Shown here piece by piece: positions 18,494 to 28,266 of a stretch of 64,000 nucleotides of DNA. Within the stretch, counting starts at the first letter, position 1. Each line of letters begins with the position of its first letter. The stretch lies in sequence record MZ475891.1. One strand, given 5' to 3'. The translations under genes and the position numbers were made by a program. The notes beneath the pieces are model-generated. The model did not search any database. It was not told where the DNA came from and was given only the letters and a program-made list of their open reading frames with translations.

Positions 18494-19558
18494 GTGACTG
18501 ACATTAGAAGCAAAACAGCCTACGAATATCTGCACGACACCTATCTTGAAAACAATTTCTTTGTTGGTGTTCCTCGATCTAAACTCACTGCAAAGTTTCA
18601 AGAGTACCTGAAGACAACTAACGGTAGGCTGCATCGTCACGGTCTTCCTCTCGCTGACTTTATGACGTGGGCCAACATGCGTCCTGAGATCAAAAAGGGC
18701 GAACAGCAATTTGATGCCGTCATGAGACTGCACAAACTTTCTTTTGATGCAGCTGCGGTGTACACACAATTTGTATGGTCGTTTACCAAAGGTGTGTTCA
18801 AGATTGATCAAGAGATATGGAAGCATCTTGCAGAAGGTGAGCCACCAAAGATACTGCCCTCAGATACGCTCAAGAGATTGCCTAACTGGTCCCAGTGGTT
18901 AGATACGTCATTGAGAATGGTTCGCCACGATAGCGCCAGTGACACGCTGTTTGCTTTGACCACTGAAGGCTTCTGGTCAACTTACCTGTGCTATGATCAT
19001 CAAAACAGAACGCACATGTTCCTCGTAGCGCCTACCGTTATGCAAATAGGCAAAGAGAGTTTCATCGCAACCACTCTGGTTATGTTTGACATAACAAAAG
19101 ACCATGAGATGGAAGACAACATGGATTGGCAAATCACTGCCACATCAACTGACGGTCAAACTTCCGTACGCTTTACGAAAGAGCATGAAATATACGGCAA
19201 GATACTTGACGGTTTGGTTAGTGCTTGGATTGATTCTGCTGTCAATGCGTTGTTGTTCGTCGCTTCATCCGTTGATAACGTTTATAAAGGAGGTGTAAAG
19301 GGAATCGTCCCACGCAAACAAGGTAAGACGTTCAAAGTCCTACCGATACGTGACGTGCGTGTATGGCATGTAGGTTCAGAGTTGCTTAACGAGATACGCC
19401 AGTATGAATCTGATGTAGCCTCAGAGAGTTCTCAGAATCGCCGTGCTCACATTCGTCGTGGTCATTATCATAACTACTGGTATGGCCCACGTGATGGTGA
19501 ACGTGTACTAAAGGCCAAATGGCTTCCACCGTGTGTCGTTCGAGGCACCGCAGAGTAA
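18494..19558 (+). CDS. conserved phage hypothetical protein with C-terminal AHIRRGHYHxYW motif
   Basis: 354 aa, GTG start behind GGAG. Confidence 0.75.
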   Translation: MTDIRSKTAYEYLHDTYLENNFFVGVPRSKLTAKFQEYLKTTNGRLHRHGLPLADFMTWANMRPEIKKGEQQFDAVMRLHKLSFDAAAVYTQFVWSFTKGVFKIDQEIWKHLAEGEPPKILPSDTLKRLPNWSQWLDTSLRMVRHDSASDTLFALTTEGFWSTYLCYDHQNRTHMFLVAPTVMQIGKESFIATTLVMFDITKDHEMEDNMDWQITATSTDGQTSVRFTKEHEIYGKILDGLVSAWIDSAVNALLFVASSVDNVYKGGVKGIVPRKQGKTFKVLPIRDVRVWHVGSELLNEIRQYESDVASESSQNRRAHIRRGHYHNYWYGPRDGERVLKAKWLPPCVVRGTAE

Positions 19559-19607
19559 TCACAATCAACCGTATCTTCCATAAAGGCGTTTAGCCTAGGA
19601 GAATCTT

Positions 19608-20366
19608 ATGTCAAGAGTACAAACGTTGTTCATCCCTGAAGTTGAACGTTTTGAAGCGTATGTTAAGTCGTTGCTGCACATGGCACGCACGCTAGATAAC
19701 AGCGGTCGTCAATATAACCGCACGAAACATGTAGTCGTCGTCGGCTCAACAACCCGCACAGTCGAAGCCTACGTCAAAACAACAATCGGCTCTAACACAG
19801 TTCCAGATGGCGTTTTCTGCCTCGGACTGAACCAAGCGCCTGACCTTTATAAGAAATATGACTTCGGCTCGGCTCATGTTGTACTGATGTTCGATCTGAT
19901 GTATACGTCGGAGAGTGCAATCCAATCACTCGCCCACAGACTGTTTGATATTATCCTGACACTCAAGCAGCGCCCAGAAGACAGAGAACTGAAAAACCTT
20001 CCGATACATATCGTCGGCCAGAACTGGAAGGTGTGGGACGCTATGATGGAGTCCGGCGCAGGCAACGCAGCAAACTACGAATGCTATTCTAAGGGATTGC
20101 AGTTTGCGCCCAATCAAACTTTCGAAACAGCCTCATGCATCACGTTTGATCAGCTACTCACGCAGGACCCGAACACTTACGCCAAGCACGACATTTCGAT
20201 TGGCCGAGAGTTCACCGTGATTGATCATGCTACGCTGATTCAAAAACTCCATAACATCAAATGGGTGTTGCAGTCAGGCCAGACACAACACAAACTCATC
20301 CTCGACCACGCGTTTCAGCGCATTTTGTTCGAGCAATATCTCTGCTATGAGTTTCAGGGTCTTTAA
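19608..20366 (+). CDS. hypothetical protein
   Basis: 252 aa, AGGAG RBS. Confidence 0.75.
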   Translation: MSRVQTLFIPEVERFEAYVKSLLHMARTLDNSGRQYNRTKHVVVVGSTTRTVEAYVKTTIGSNTVPDGVFCLGLNQAPDLYKKYDFGSAHVVLMFDLMYTSESAIQSLAHRLFDIILTLKQRPEDRELKNLPIHIVGQNWKVWDAMMESGAGNAANYECYSKGLQFAPNQTFETASCITFDQLLTQDPNTYAKHDISIGREFTVIDHATLIQKLHNIKWVLQSGQTQHKLILDHAFQRILFEQYLCYEFQGL

Positions 20367-20440
20367 GAATAATCTTAGTCCGCTAACTAATTTAAAAACG
20401 TTGGCAAGTAGTGCTGACGTCTAGTTATCGGAGACATAAC

Positions 20441-20704
20441 GTGTACGAACGTAGCCTCGTGCGATTGAAGTACCACGCCAGAGCACACCTCTGGTACAAT
20501 AATACAGAACACGCTTGCAGTGAGCGGAAGGCTACTAATGTGCAATGTGAACAATTCTTGGAAGCAACCAAGAACTGTCGCTCTGTGCAGGAGTCGCCTA
20601 GTGTTGTTTCTTTCTACTCAGGAGCCGAGCTTGTTGGTCAAGCAATATGGCAGCATGATGCAGACAGTGACAGCACACTTCAATTCCGGCTTCTACTTGC
20701 GTAA
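20441..20704 (+). CDS. hypothetical protein
   Basis: GTG start behind GGAG; short. Confidence 0.45.
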   Translation: MYERSLVRLKYHARAHLWYNNTEHACSERKATNVQCEQFLEATKNCRSVQESPSVVSFYSGAELVGQAIWQHDADSDSTLQFRLLLA

Positions 20705-20768
20705 CATCCTAAAGGGCTTTCAGATACCTCTGGCGGCCCTTTATCATTTCAATACACGGAGAAAGCCA

Positions 20769-21035
20769 ATGTCTGTTCAGATTCAACTGTCCGAGAAAAA
20801 CCTCGACGATATTATGCAGCACTCCACCAGCCGCATCAGCCTGTCTGAGTTGAATGCGCGTCTGGCGCAAGATGAAATCATCATGCAGAACGTGCTGGTG
20901 GAACGTCCTGTAGGCGCTGGTGTGCCTATCACTGTCGTGCGTGATATTGTTGACCGCTATCTGGAGCTGATTCGCAATCCAGGTCCGATTGACGGTCAAT
21001 GGCAGCCGCAAGAATACGCTATCGTGCAATACTGA
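20769..21035 (+). CDS. hypothetical protein
   Basis: GGAG RBS before ATG 20769; followed by hairpin 21040-21061. Confidence 0.7.
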   Translation: MSVQIQLSEKNLDDIMQHSTSRISLSELNARLAQDEIIMQNVLVERPVGAGVPITVVRDIVDRYLELIRNPGPIDGQWQPQEYAIVQY

Positions 21036-21109
21036 TCTCATGGGTGCCTTAGGGCGCCCATATTCGTTTATATGCTAATTTCTACCTACATTCAACTAGG
21101 AGAGACAGC

Positions 21110-21769
21110 ATGAAAATATTCGTTTCGCTGTCGGCCCCACAAAAACAAAAAGAACCGCCGATTGTAACTGAATCTGATCAAAAGAATCCTCGCGTAAACG
21201 ATAACAGCAAACTCGGTCAAGTGTTTGATGTGTTCGTGCTCCAGCAAATGTCCTATCTCGATATGAAAGAGATTCGTGGCTCTGCTGGTCCAAAGTACGC
21301 GCAGGTTATTGCTGACTGGCTCAACAGCCAACGCAGTATCGACAATAAGTTCCGTGTGTCTAAGCGCAGTAAGATCTCTATTGCTGTCAAGAACACTCAA
21401 CAGCTTGCCGCTCGCTATACGGACATTTACCTGTTGAGTCCTGAGAGCAATAAAGAGCGTTCGTGGTTGCTTAAAGGCGAAGGCCCACAAGGCAACAACA
21501 AGACGATTGAGATTGGTCGTAATCTCTTATTAGACGTCCTATATGCTTCTGCTCTGACGTTGCTTGGTGCACACCTCGTAACAGAAGAATGGCCAGGCAA
21601 CAGCACGTATGATCAAGTGTTGTTTGAAATGGACAAGCGAAGTAAACGTGGTAAAAGGATTGGTAGGCGCTACCCACGCATTGCCAAAGAAAATGAAAAC
21701 ACACTAATCACGATGATGCAGGACGGGTTGTCTATTGCAGAAATCACCGATTGGGTTCTGAAACAGTAA
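21110..21769 (+). CDS. hypothetical protein
   Basis: 219 aa, AGGAG RBS. Confidence 0.75.
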   Translation: MKIFVSLSAPQKQKEPPIVTESDQKNPRVNDNSKLGQVFDVFVLQQMSYLDMKEIRGSAGPKYAQVIADWLNSQRSIDNKFRVSKRSKISIAVKNTQQLAARYTDIYLLSPESNKERSWLLKGEGPQGNNKTIEIGRNLLLDVLYASALTLLGAHLVTEEWPGNSTYDQVLFEMDKRSKRGKRIGRRYPRIAKENENTLITMMQDGLSIAEITDWVLKQ

Positions 21770-21778
21770 GAGGAATCT

Positions 21779-22591
21779 ATGTCACTCGTAAAACTTCAAG
21801 GCGTCCCGTCCTTGTCCGCGCCTACCAAGGCCCAGAAAGATGCAGCTATCTATATGTTTGGTTCTAAAGGCCATTCTATCGTTGCTGTGTTGGATAAATT
21901 CAGTCGTGCCAAAGAAGTGCGTGCACCGCATCTCGATGGTCTGTTGAAGCTGATGAAGGAAGGCGAAGATGATGAGATCATCAAATTCGTTTCATCTGCT
22001 GCTGGTAAGAAAGCTCTGGCTAACGCGAAAGCATTCGCCGTTGCAAAGACACTGACCGCAAGCATTAAAGCGCTTAAACTGATTCGCGTTCCGATGGAGT
22101 GGATCGACGGTCACTCGGATGTTGCTGCTGCACGCAACGAAGAAACCAAAGAGATTCGCGCACGCAAGACGGCAGGCAATCGTCCTGAGAAGCCTATCAA
22201 GCTCGATAACCCGCAAGCGCCTGCGCCTGTTACTCCTAAGGCCAAGCCTGTTCACATCCCTTCTGGTAAGTCTGCTGACACGCTGGTTGATGAGATGGGG
22301 GAAATCGCTGCGCGTAAGATCTCAGGCAAGAGCCTGCAACAGCGTGAAGAGTATATGAATGCTCTCGGCTTTGTTATCCAGCGTAATATCCCGCGTGCAA
22401 AAGTCAACGTCTCGGCTGATAGTGTTATGGTAACTAAAGGCTCCAAGATTTATACCATTGCATTGACCCCACAAGCGTGGACGCTGCAAGAAGGTGTGAC
22501 TAAGAAACCTAAGCGCATCGGCACAACGTTCGACATTGTTGACCTGCTGTCTGCGATTGATTCTTCGTTCGCTCCTGTACTGATGAAGTAA
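21779..22591 (+). CDS. hypothetical basic protein
   Basis: 270 aa, GAGGA RBS. Confidence 0.75.
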   Translation: MSLVKLQGVPSLSAPTKAQKDAAIYMFGSKGHSIVAVLDKFSRAKEVRAPHLDGLLKLMKEGEDDEIIKFVSSAAGKKALANAKAFAVAKTLTASIKALKLIRVPMEWIDGHSDVAAARNEETKEIRARKTAGNRPEKPIKLDNPQAPAPVTPKAKPVHIPSGKSADTLVDEMGEIAARKISGKSLQQREEYMNALGFVIQRNIPRAKVNVSADSVMVTKGSKIYTIALTPQAWTLQEGVTKKPKRIGTTFDIVDLLSAIDSSFAPVLMK

Positions 22592-22596
22592 CAACA

Positions 22597-22624
22597 AAAG
22601 GGTGGCCTAAGGGTCGCCCTTTTT
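22597..22624. terminator. intrinsic terminator (potentially bidirectional)
   Basis: AAAAGGGTGGCC-TAAG-GGTCGCCCTTTT. Confidence 0.8.
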
Positions 22625-22846
22625 CGATCTATTTGCGTGCCAATCGTAAATAACCTTTCCTCTGCGTTGCCTCTCCTACTCCTGCCTCGACGTTCACCAG
22701 CTGCATACTCATTCCATTTGTCTCTACTAACTCTGGCTCTAACTCAAAACCTGCCTCAGTTTCCTGCTCACCTGATCGCTAATTCCTATCTGCAAGCCAA
22801 GTTCTTGCATACGCAAATTTGCTATTAGGTTAAGAGGAATATTCCC

Positions 22847-24685
22847 ATGATTGAAGTAAACTGTTTCGCAGATTTACGCACTACCGCTCCAGCAAAGGCT
22901 GGCGACATGGCGTTACTGAAACGTTACTATGACAAAGACAGTTCGTTTCGTGGGGGCGGCTACTTCATCGGCTTTCCGCAGACAAAAGATCTGCCCGCAG
23001 ATGATGGTGGTATCACGGCAGTAGATGCAAACAAAAGTTTCTTCTGGAAGCGTGTCGTAAATGACCCAGAAGAGATTAATCTGTTCCACTTTGGTGGTCG
23101 CTGCGACGGTAAGACAGATGACAGTGACGCGTTCCTGCGTAACTTCATGTGGACGTGTAAGTCTTCTGATGGCAACGACACTATTGGTGTGCGCTTCCCG
23201 ACAGGCACAACGCTGATCAACCCTATCGATCTTACTCACTTGGGTGAGATACCTGTGTTCGCTATCTATGGTGACACACGTTCTGATAAGGGCTGGCGTC
23301 CTCGTGTCAAGCTGATCAGTAACCAAGGCGAAGCTACTGTATTCAAGTTCAATGCACGCCGCACTATTGTTCGTGGTCTGAACTGGAATGGTCAGTGCTA
23401 TCCTGTGAAGGACGGCAAGAAGGTAGACGTGTCCACGATCGTGGGTGCTGTCATGCCTGAGCAGCGTTCAAACAATCAGATCTTCCTTGAGAACATCTGT
23501 ACGATGGGTCAGTACATTGGCGTACAGTGCTTCCGTGCTGAGAGCAACGGCGGATCTGCATTGAAGTTCCAAGACACCATCGATACTTCTATCACAGAGA
23601 TCTATGGCAGTAAAAGCTACGGTGCTGTGATTGAGGCCAAGTGGTCGAACACAGTGCAGGCAGGTTGGAACCATTCGACTGCTGTGCGCTTAGAGAACGG
23701 TAACTTCCAGTACGGCTACGGCCCCGCTGTGTTAGACATGCCGCGTATGACTCAGGCGTTCATGAAGAACGTCTGGATTGAACACACGCGCTTCCCAGGT
23801 AATATGAACGATGGTCAATGGGTGCTTGAAGGTAACTCGATTGAGAGTTCTGACAACCCACTCAATCTGGCTAACACTCGTTGCGTGATCAACGGCTACT
23901 ACTTCCAAGGCGTTGGTACAATGAACTTGGAACGTGCGTCAAGCCCTGACAACTGGCTGAGTGGCTACGAGCGCGGCAACATTCGTACTGAGACGTACGG
24001 TATCATCATGACCGATTCCTGCTTCCGCGCAGGATATTACACGGGCTATAAGATTACCAACAATACAGATCAGGACAAATGGTTCTATCTGGGTAGCTAT
24101 TCATTCCCGAAAGTGAATCAAGTGTGGCAGATTGAGCTGCTGGGTACTGCACCAAACGTTGTACCGAACACGAAGCTGCAACAGCCTACGCAGATGGACG
24201 GCATGGGTCGTCGTGTTATCACAATGCAACGCTGCATCTCACCGCAGAAGAAAGTGTATGCCGATATGCACATGGAAGGAACGGACGCAATCGCCGATGT
24301 TGTGTACCAGCGCCTGTGGGAAGACTACGGCAAGGTGTGGGTTAAGCTGAGAGCCAACAGTGGCGATACTATCTTCAACCTGACCACCACTGGTCCAACT
24401 CGTTTCGAAGCAGGTGTTTGTACATTGTTCAGCGACGGTCCAATTGAATGCGTGGATCCCGTTCTGACCGAGATGACCACCAGTGTCGAAAAGAATCAGA
24501 AGGACTATGCGCGACCTCAGGCTCGTTTCAGTTTGCACAATGGCCTTGCAGGTGTAGGCGCAAACGAGCAGGGTCTCATCACTATTCAAACCAAAGACGC
24601 TACAGCACCGAAAGATACCACTAAGCCTGCTGGCTATGTGAGTGTCAATATCAACGGTGTTGATCGTCTCTTGCCTTACTACTAA
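22847..24685 (+). CDS. amsF: AmsF/WceF-like tailspike-fold (beta-helix) glycan-modifying protein, putative EPS depolymerase
   Basis: DDGG...FFWKR..DP..IN..HFG..DGKTD; NICT.GQY; WNH.TAV.L; WIE.T.FPG...GQW match recalled Erwinia AmsF; no Tat signal peptide. Confidence 0.75.
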   Translation: MIEVNCFADLRTTAPAKAGDMALLKRYYDKDSSFRGGGYFIGFPQTKDLPADDGGITAVDANKSFFWKRVVNDPEEINLFHFGGRCDGKTDDSDAFLRNFMWTCKSSDGNDTIGVRFPTGTTLINPIDLTHLGEIPVFAIYGDTRSDKGWRPRVKLISNQGEATVFKFNARRTIVRGLNWNGQCYPVKDGKKVDVSTIVGAVMPEQRSNNQIFLENICTMGQYIGVQCFRAESNGGSALKFQDTIDTSITEIYGSKSYGAVIEAKWSNTVQAGWNHSTAVRLENGNFQYGYGPAVLDMPRMTQAFMKNVWIEHTRFPGNMNDGQWVLEGNSIESSDNPLNLANTRCVINGYYFQGVGTMNLERASSPDNWLSGYERGNIRTETYGIIMTDSCFRAGYYTGYKITNNTDQDKWFYLGSYSFPKVNQVWQIELLGTAPNVVPNTKLQQPTQMDGMGRRVITMQRCISPQKKVYADMHMEGTDAIADVVYQRLWEDYGKVWVKLRANSGDTIFNLTTTGPTRFEAGVCTLFSDGPIECVDPVLTEMTTSVEKNQKDYARPQARFSLHNGLAGVGANEQGLITIQTKDATAPKDTTKPAGYVSVNINGVDRLLPYY

Positions 24686-24779
24686 CAGACGAGGGGCGCA
24701 ATGCCCCTCAACTAAGTCAAATCTCTGTACTCTCCCTAACTCAAATAAGATACGCCGCACAGCGTACTATGCACTAATA

Positions 24780-24823
24780 AGGTCAAAATGACCATTCTCT
24801 GTGATATGCGCCTATGCTATAAT
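24780..24823 (+). promoter_or_regulatory. early promoter P1
   Basis: AGGTCAAAAT, 32 nt from hexamer to TG-C-TATAAT. Confidence 0.75.
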
Positions 24824-24869
24824 AGTTGCGAGCGCATTGCTCAATACAATCATGCTGAGGAGCATAACA

Positions 24870-25211
24870 ATGAACGCATCTACTTTCGATTTCTCTATCA
24901 TCTGCACCGAGAGCTTCAACATTAATGAGCTGAACAAAATCGCCGTTGAGCTGAACAAGCTGATCACTAACTCGCAGATCAAAATTGAAGCCGCAGAGAT
25001 TGACGATGAAGGCACCGAGTGTATTCTTCTGGCTGTCGGTCTTGATGAAGACGGCGAAGAGACTGGCGACAACGGCTACTCGCTGCATCTGGACAACGGC
25101 GACTATCAGATCGTATATCTCGGCGTGCCGCATCCTGACTTCGATAAGCACGAACTTGCGACCAGCGACTTTGAGTTGTTCATCAAATCAGTGAACGGCC
25201 TTGAGTTCTAA
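24870..25211 (+). CDS. hypothetical acidic early protein
   Basis: ATG 24870 behind GAGGAG hairpin. Confidence 0.75.
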   Translation: MNASTFDFSIICTESFNINELNKIAVELNKLITNSQIKIEAAEIDDEGTECILLAVGLDEDGEETGDNGYSLHLDNGDYQIVYLGVPHPDFDKHELATSDFELFIKSVNGLEF

Positions 25212-25220
25212 TCACTAATC

Positions 25221-25264
25221 TGGCAGAAATCGCCGTTGTGTTTAGACGCTCAACGGCATACTAT
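25221..25264 (+). promoter_or_regulatory. early promoter P2
   Basis: TGGCAGAAAT N32 TACTAT; internal inverted repeat GCCGTTG/CAACGGC. Confidence 0.6.
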
Positions 25265-25313
25265 TATGTCTCTAGCGCAATGACGCGCTACAACAACGAA
25301 AGAGAGAAACAAC

Positions 25314-25568
25314 ATGAGCGAAGACGTTAAAGTAACAATCGATTTAGTAGCTGACTTTGTATCACGCACCGAAGTTGTGTTTGAAGACGGTCAATCATCT
25401 AATGACTGGCTCGCGCCGTATGATCTGCGCCTGAACGTAACTGAGCCTCAAGGGCCGAACGGCTACCCCGAAGTTGAAATCGTCGGCCAGCGCGATAACG
25501 TCTTGCGCTTCTTTGATGAGCAGATGCCTGACAGCGACATTACAGAAGACTCGCTTGAATCTGCATAA
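25314..25568 (+). CDS. hypothetical acidic protein
   Basis: 84 aa. Confidence 0.7.
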   Translation: MSEDVKVTIDLVADFVSRTEVVFEDGQSSNDWLAPYDLRLNVTEPQGPNGYPEVEIVGQRDNVLRFFDEQMPDSDITEDSLESA

Positions 25569-25583
25569 GCAACAAACAACACT

Positions 25584-25610
25584 GTGGCGTTACGGCGCCA
25601 CTTTTCTATT
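25584..25610 (+). terminator. intrinsic terminator
   Basis: GTGGCGT-TACG-GCGCCAC followed by TTTTCTATT. Confidence 0.7.
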
Positions 25611-25627
25611 TCTGATCTGAGGTCAAT

Positions 25628-26167
25628 ATGAAACAAAAATTCTTATTCTTGCGCATGAGCCGACACGAGCTGAATCAGCATTTGTTTTTACTTCGTGGCA
25701 TGAGCCGTGAGCGTCTTGAATCATTTACTGGCATTATCGCCGTTGTCAAAGACGATACGACGATGGCGAACATCGATGATACTGACCTGTATTATTTCAG
25801 CGAAGTAACAGCCGAAGAGACAACATCAGAGACGCAACAAACCTGGTGGAACCTGATTCATTACTACGACAATCAGATTGCTATCGGCTCACTCCCACGT
25901 ATAGAGCCGCTTCTGCCTGACGATTTAGTTGAGCGCATCAAAACAACTCGCAGCAATCGCTTCTACTACGAGTTCGATACGCAAATGCCAGAAGTGTTGG
26001 CCACTGTTGATCTTGACCTACACTTCTTACCGTCTGCCGCTCAGCCTCGTGTGAAGAAGCCTAAAGAAGAACAGCCAGAAGTTAATCCCCTGGCCGCATA
26101 CACAGTCGAACAACTGTGTGCCGAACTGCGTACTCGCCTGAGTGCAAAAATCACTATCGAATTTTAA
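25628..26167 (+). CDS. hypothetical protein
   Basis: 179 aa, GAGGT RBS. Confidence 0.75.
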   Translation: MKQKFLFLRMSRHELNQHLFLLRGMSRERLESFTGIIAVVKDDTTMANIDDTDLYYFSEVTAEETTSETQQTWWNLIHYYDNQIAIGSLPRIEPLLPDDLVERIKTTRSNRFYYEFDTQMPEVLATVDLDLHFLPSAAQPRVKKPKEEQPEVNPLAAYTVEQLCAELRTRLSAKITIEF

Positions 26168-26184
26168 TCAACTAGCACAGGGAC

Positions 26185-26814
26185 GTGCCTCTAACTGAGA
26201 TCAAAACTATGTTCACCAAAGCATTCTTCTTCAAAACTAACTACTCTGTATTGGCCGAAGGTGAGTTCGCTCTGCCTGTTGACTCACTGACCTCTCTTGT
26301 CAATTCGCGCATTTTTATCTGCATCACAGAAGACAACCTGCGCTTCGCACTGACCAACATCACTGTGCAGCCGATTCGCAATGGCTTCTTGCGCGTCGGC
26401 TTCGAGCCGAAGACTGACGTGAATGCAATCACTACTCCAATCATCACGCCTAAAACTATGTGGAGCGAATATGATTTTGATGCGTGCAGTGTCGAAAACA
26501 TTCCGTCATTCAATATCAGTACGCATGAAGACAAGAACAACGAACAACTGATTGCGCTGTCTTATGACCTGCGTATGGCTCTCATGCATTATCGTGAAGG
26601 CATGTACTGCGTGACCGACATCGTTTTGCGTCTGCATGAACACGGCATTTTCGTTGTAGATATTGATCAGAATCTCAAGGTTGCTCTCTCGCCTATCGCC
26701 GTGCTTAGCGAACGACCTACACATGCGATTAGTCTGAGCAAAGACAACGGTGTGCTGTCTCGCATTGATGACTTCGAACTGCCTGATCTCGCCAAACTGA
26801 TCGTCCTACTGTAA
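26185..26814 (+). CDS. hypothetical protein
   Basis: 209 aa; start uncertain. Confidence 0.7.
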   Translation: MPLTEIKTMFTKAFFFKTNYSVLAEGEFALPVDSLTSLVNSRIFICITEDNLRFALTNITVQPIRNGFLRVGFEPKTDVNAITTPIITPKTMWSEYDFDACSVENIPSFNISTHEDKNNEQLIALSYDLRMALMHYREGMYCVTDIVLRLHEHGIFVVDIDQNLKVALSPIAVLSERPTHAISLSKDNGVLSRIDDFELPDLAKLIVLL

Positions 26815-26826
26815 ACAAACAACTCT

Positions 26827-26856
26827 AGCCTCGCATCGTGCGGGGCTTTCTGCTTT
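26827..26856 (+). terminator. intrinsic terminator
   Basis: AGCCTCGC-ATCGT-GCGGGGCT followed by TTCTGCTTT. Confidence 0.55.
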
Positions 26857-26866
26857 GGAGAACACC

Positions 26867-27127
26867 ATGTATCAATATGACCGCGATGAATTGAATGACC
26901 TGCCGCTTGACGTGCTGCATAGCGAAGCTGAAAAGCGTGGCTTGCTCGCTGACCTGGACGACGATGATGATTGTCCTGACCGTGCAGTGCTGGTGGGCAT
27001 GATTATTGATGACCAGAACGAACGCAACGCCGAAGATGAAGAGGAAGGGCAGCGCCGTCAGATGCAAGACGAAGCTGACGATCATCGTCGCATGTTAGAC
27101 GAACGCGACGGCTCAGACGACTGCTAA
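26867..27127 (+). CDS. small acidic protein with HeH/Rho-N-like module
   Basis: ELNDLPLDVLHSEAEKRGL...DRAVLVGMII; GGAG RBS. Confidence 0.7.
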   Translation: MYQYDRDELNDLPLDVLHSEAEKRGLLADLDDDDDCPDRAVLVGMIIDDQNERNAEDEEEGQRRQMQDEADDHRRMLDERDGSDDC

Positions 27128-27128
27128 C

Positions 27129-27467
27129 ATGCTATACTCTGGGCAGCAATACGATACACTCAGTCCTGACCAGTTGAATGAGTGTTTCAATCTGATTGAA
27201 AGTTGCATGGTGGCCTCTGGCTGTCGTGGCTTTCAAATAGTGTTATCACCATCTGGTCATGGCGATTGTCGTAGCGTCGTCCACATTCAGCACCCACAGT
27301 ATGCAGGTCACATTGAGTTCCCCTCAGTTGACCGTGATACTTTTCGTGTGACTCTCGTCGCAACACGCGGTTGCTATGACAGCCGCACAGTGTTCGTACC
27401 AAATTCAGATACAGCCTATTCAGTGATAGGTCTGTATCTCTCAAACTTTATAGGGGCTACAAAATGA
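27129..27467 (+). CDS. hypothetical protein
   Basis: 112 aa. Confidence 0.65.
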   Translation: MLYSGQQYDTLSPDQLNECFNLIESCMVASGCRGFQIVLSPSGHGDCRSVVHIQHPQYAGHIEFPSVDRDTFRVTLVATRGCYDSRTVFVPNSDTAYSVIGLYLSNFIGATK

Positions 27468-27808
27468 AACGCCGCGTTATTCGTATCGATCAGTCAGAGT
27501 TCAACGGTGAAGCGCTTGTCTTCCCACCATCATTCAACATCACCGGCATTGACGTTGTGGTGCTTGTGACCGTGACGCACGAAGATTTCGGTGGCTTGAA
27601 GTTTCAAGATACCTATCGTGTGAACGAACTACGTGTAAGCGAACATACAAATCCCCTGCGTCAGGAGATTGAGATCGTAGAGTACAGCAAACTGCCGAAC
27701 GATGAAGCAATCTTCACACGACTACTCGACGTTGATTACTTCGACGACGACATTGCAGAGCGTGACCTGCGTCTGTACGATGCACCGACCACAATCGTCA
27801 CTGCGTAA
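27464..27808 (+). CDS. hypothetical protein
   Basis: 114 aa, ATGA-type overlap. Confidence 0.7.
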   Translation: MKRRVIRIDQSEFNGEALVFPPSFNITGIDVVVLVTVTHEDFGGLKFQDTYRVNELRVSEHTNPLRQEIEIVEYSKLPNDEAIFTRLLDVDYFDDDIAERDLRLYDAPTTIVTA

Positions 27809-27816
27809 TAATCTTT

Positions 27817-27849
27817 AGGGCTGCCATCTTGGTGGCCCTTTTTGTTTTC
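27817..27849 (+). terminator. intrinsic terminator
   Basis: AGGGCTGCC-ATCTT-GGTGGCCCT followed by TTTTGTTTT. Confidence 0.75.
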
Positions 27850-27891
27850 TGTAAACTACACGCACAATCCCAACAATGCGAGAACGCACAG

Positions 27892-28266
27892 ATGCCAAAG
27901 CGCCGCTTTTATTTGATGTTCTTTATCAGTCAGGCAGAACTCGACGCCAAGACTTTCTATCAACACAACATGCGCATCCTGACAACGATACGCCGCACAC
28001 GCTGCATCTTTCTTGTGGTGCGAGAGACTGGTGAAGTCTATGTCCCAGGCAGCGCCGTGTATCAGTCTGCAATCGAAGAAGATCTAACGCAGATGGTCTT
28101 TGATGATCTGCACAAGGTCACCGAGTCTGTGAATGCCGTTGAGTCATTCGCTCAGGCTATCGCAGTAAACAAAAACGATAAGACAGTTCGCTACTGTGGT
28201 CGCAATCCAGAAGTGAGTGTCGTCTTCTTTGATCGCATGTTCACGAAAGTGGAGGTTCATCTATGA
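27892..28266 (+). CDS. hypothetical protein
   Basis: Start uncertain (27892 or 27916). Confidence 0.65.
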   Translation: MPKRRFYLMFFISQAELDAKTFYQHNMRILTTIRRTRCIFLVVRETGEVYVPGSAVYQSAIEEDLTQMVFDDLHKVTESVNAVESFAQAIAVNKNDKTVRYCGRNPEVSVVFFDRMFTKVEVHL

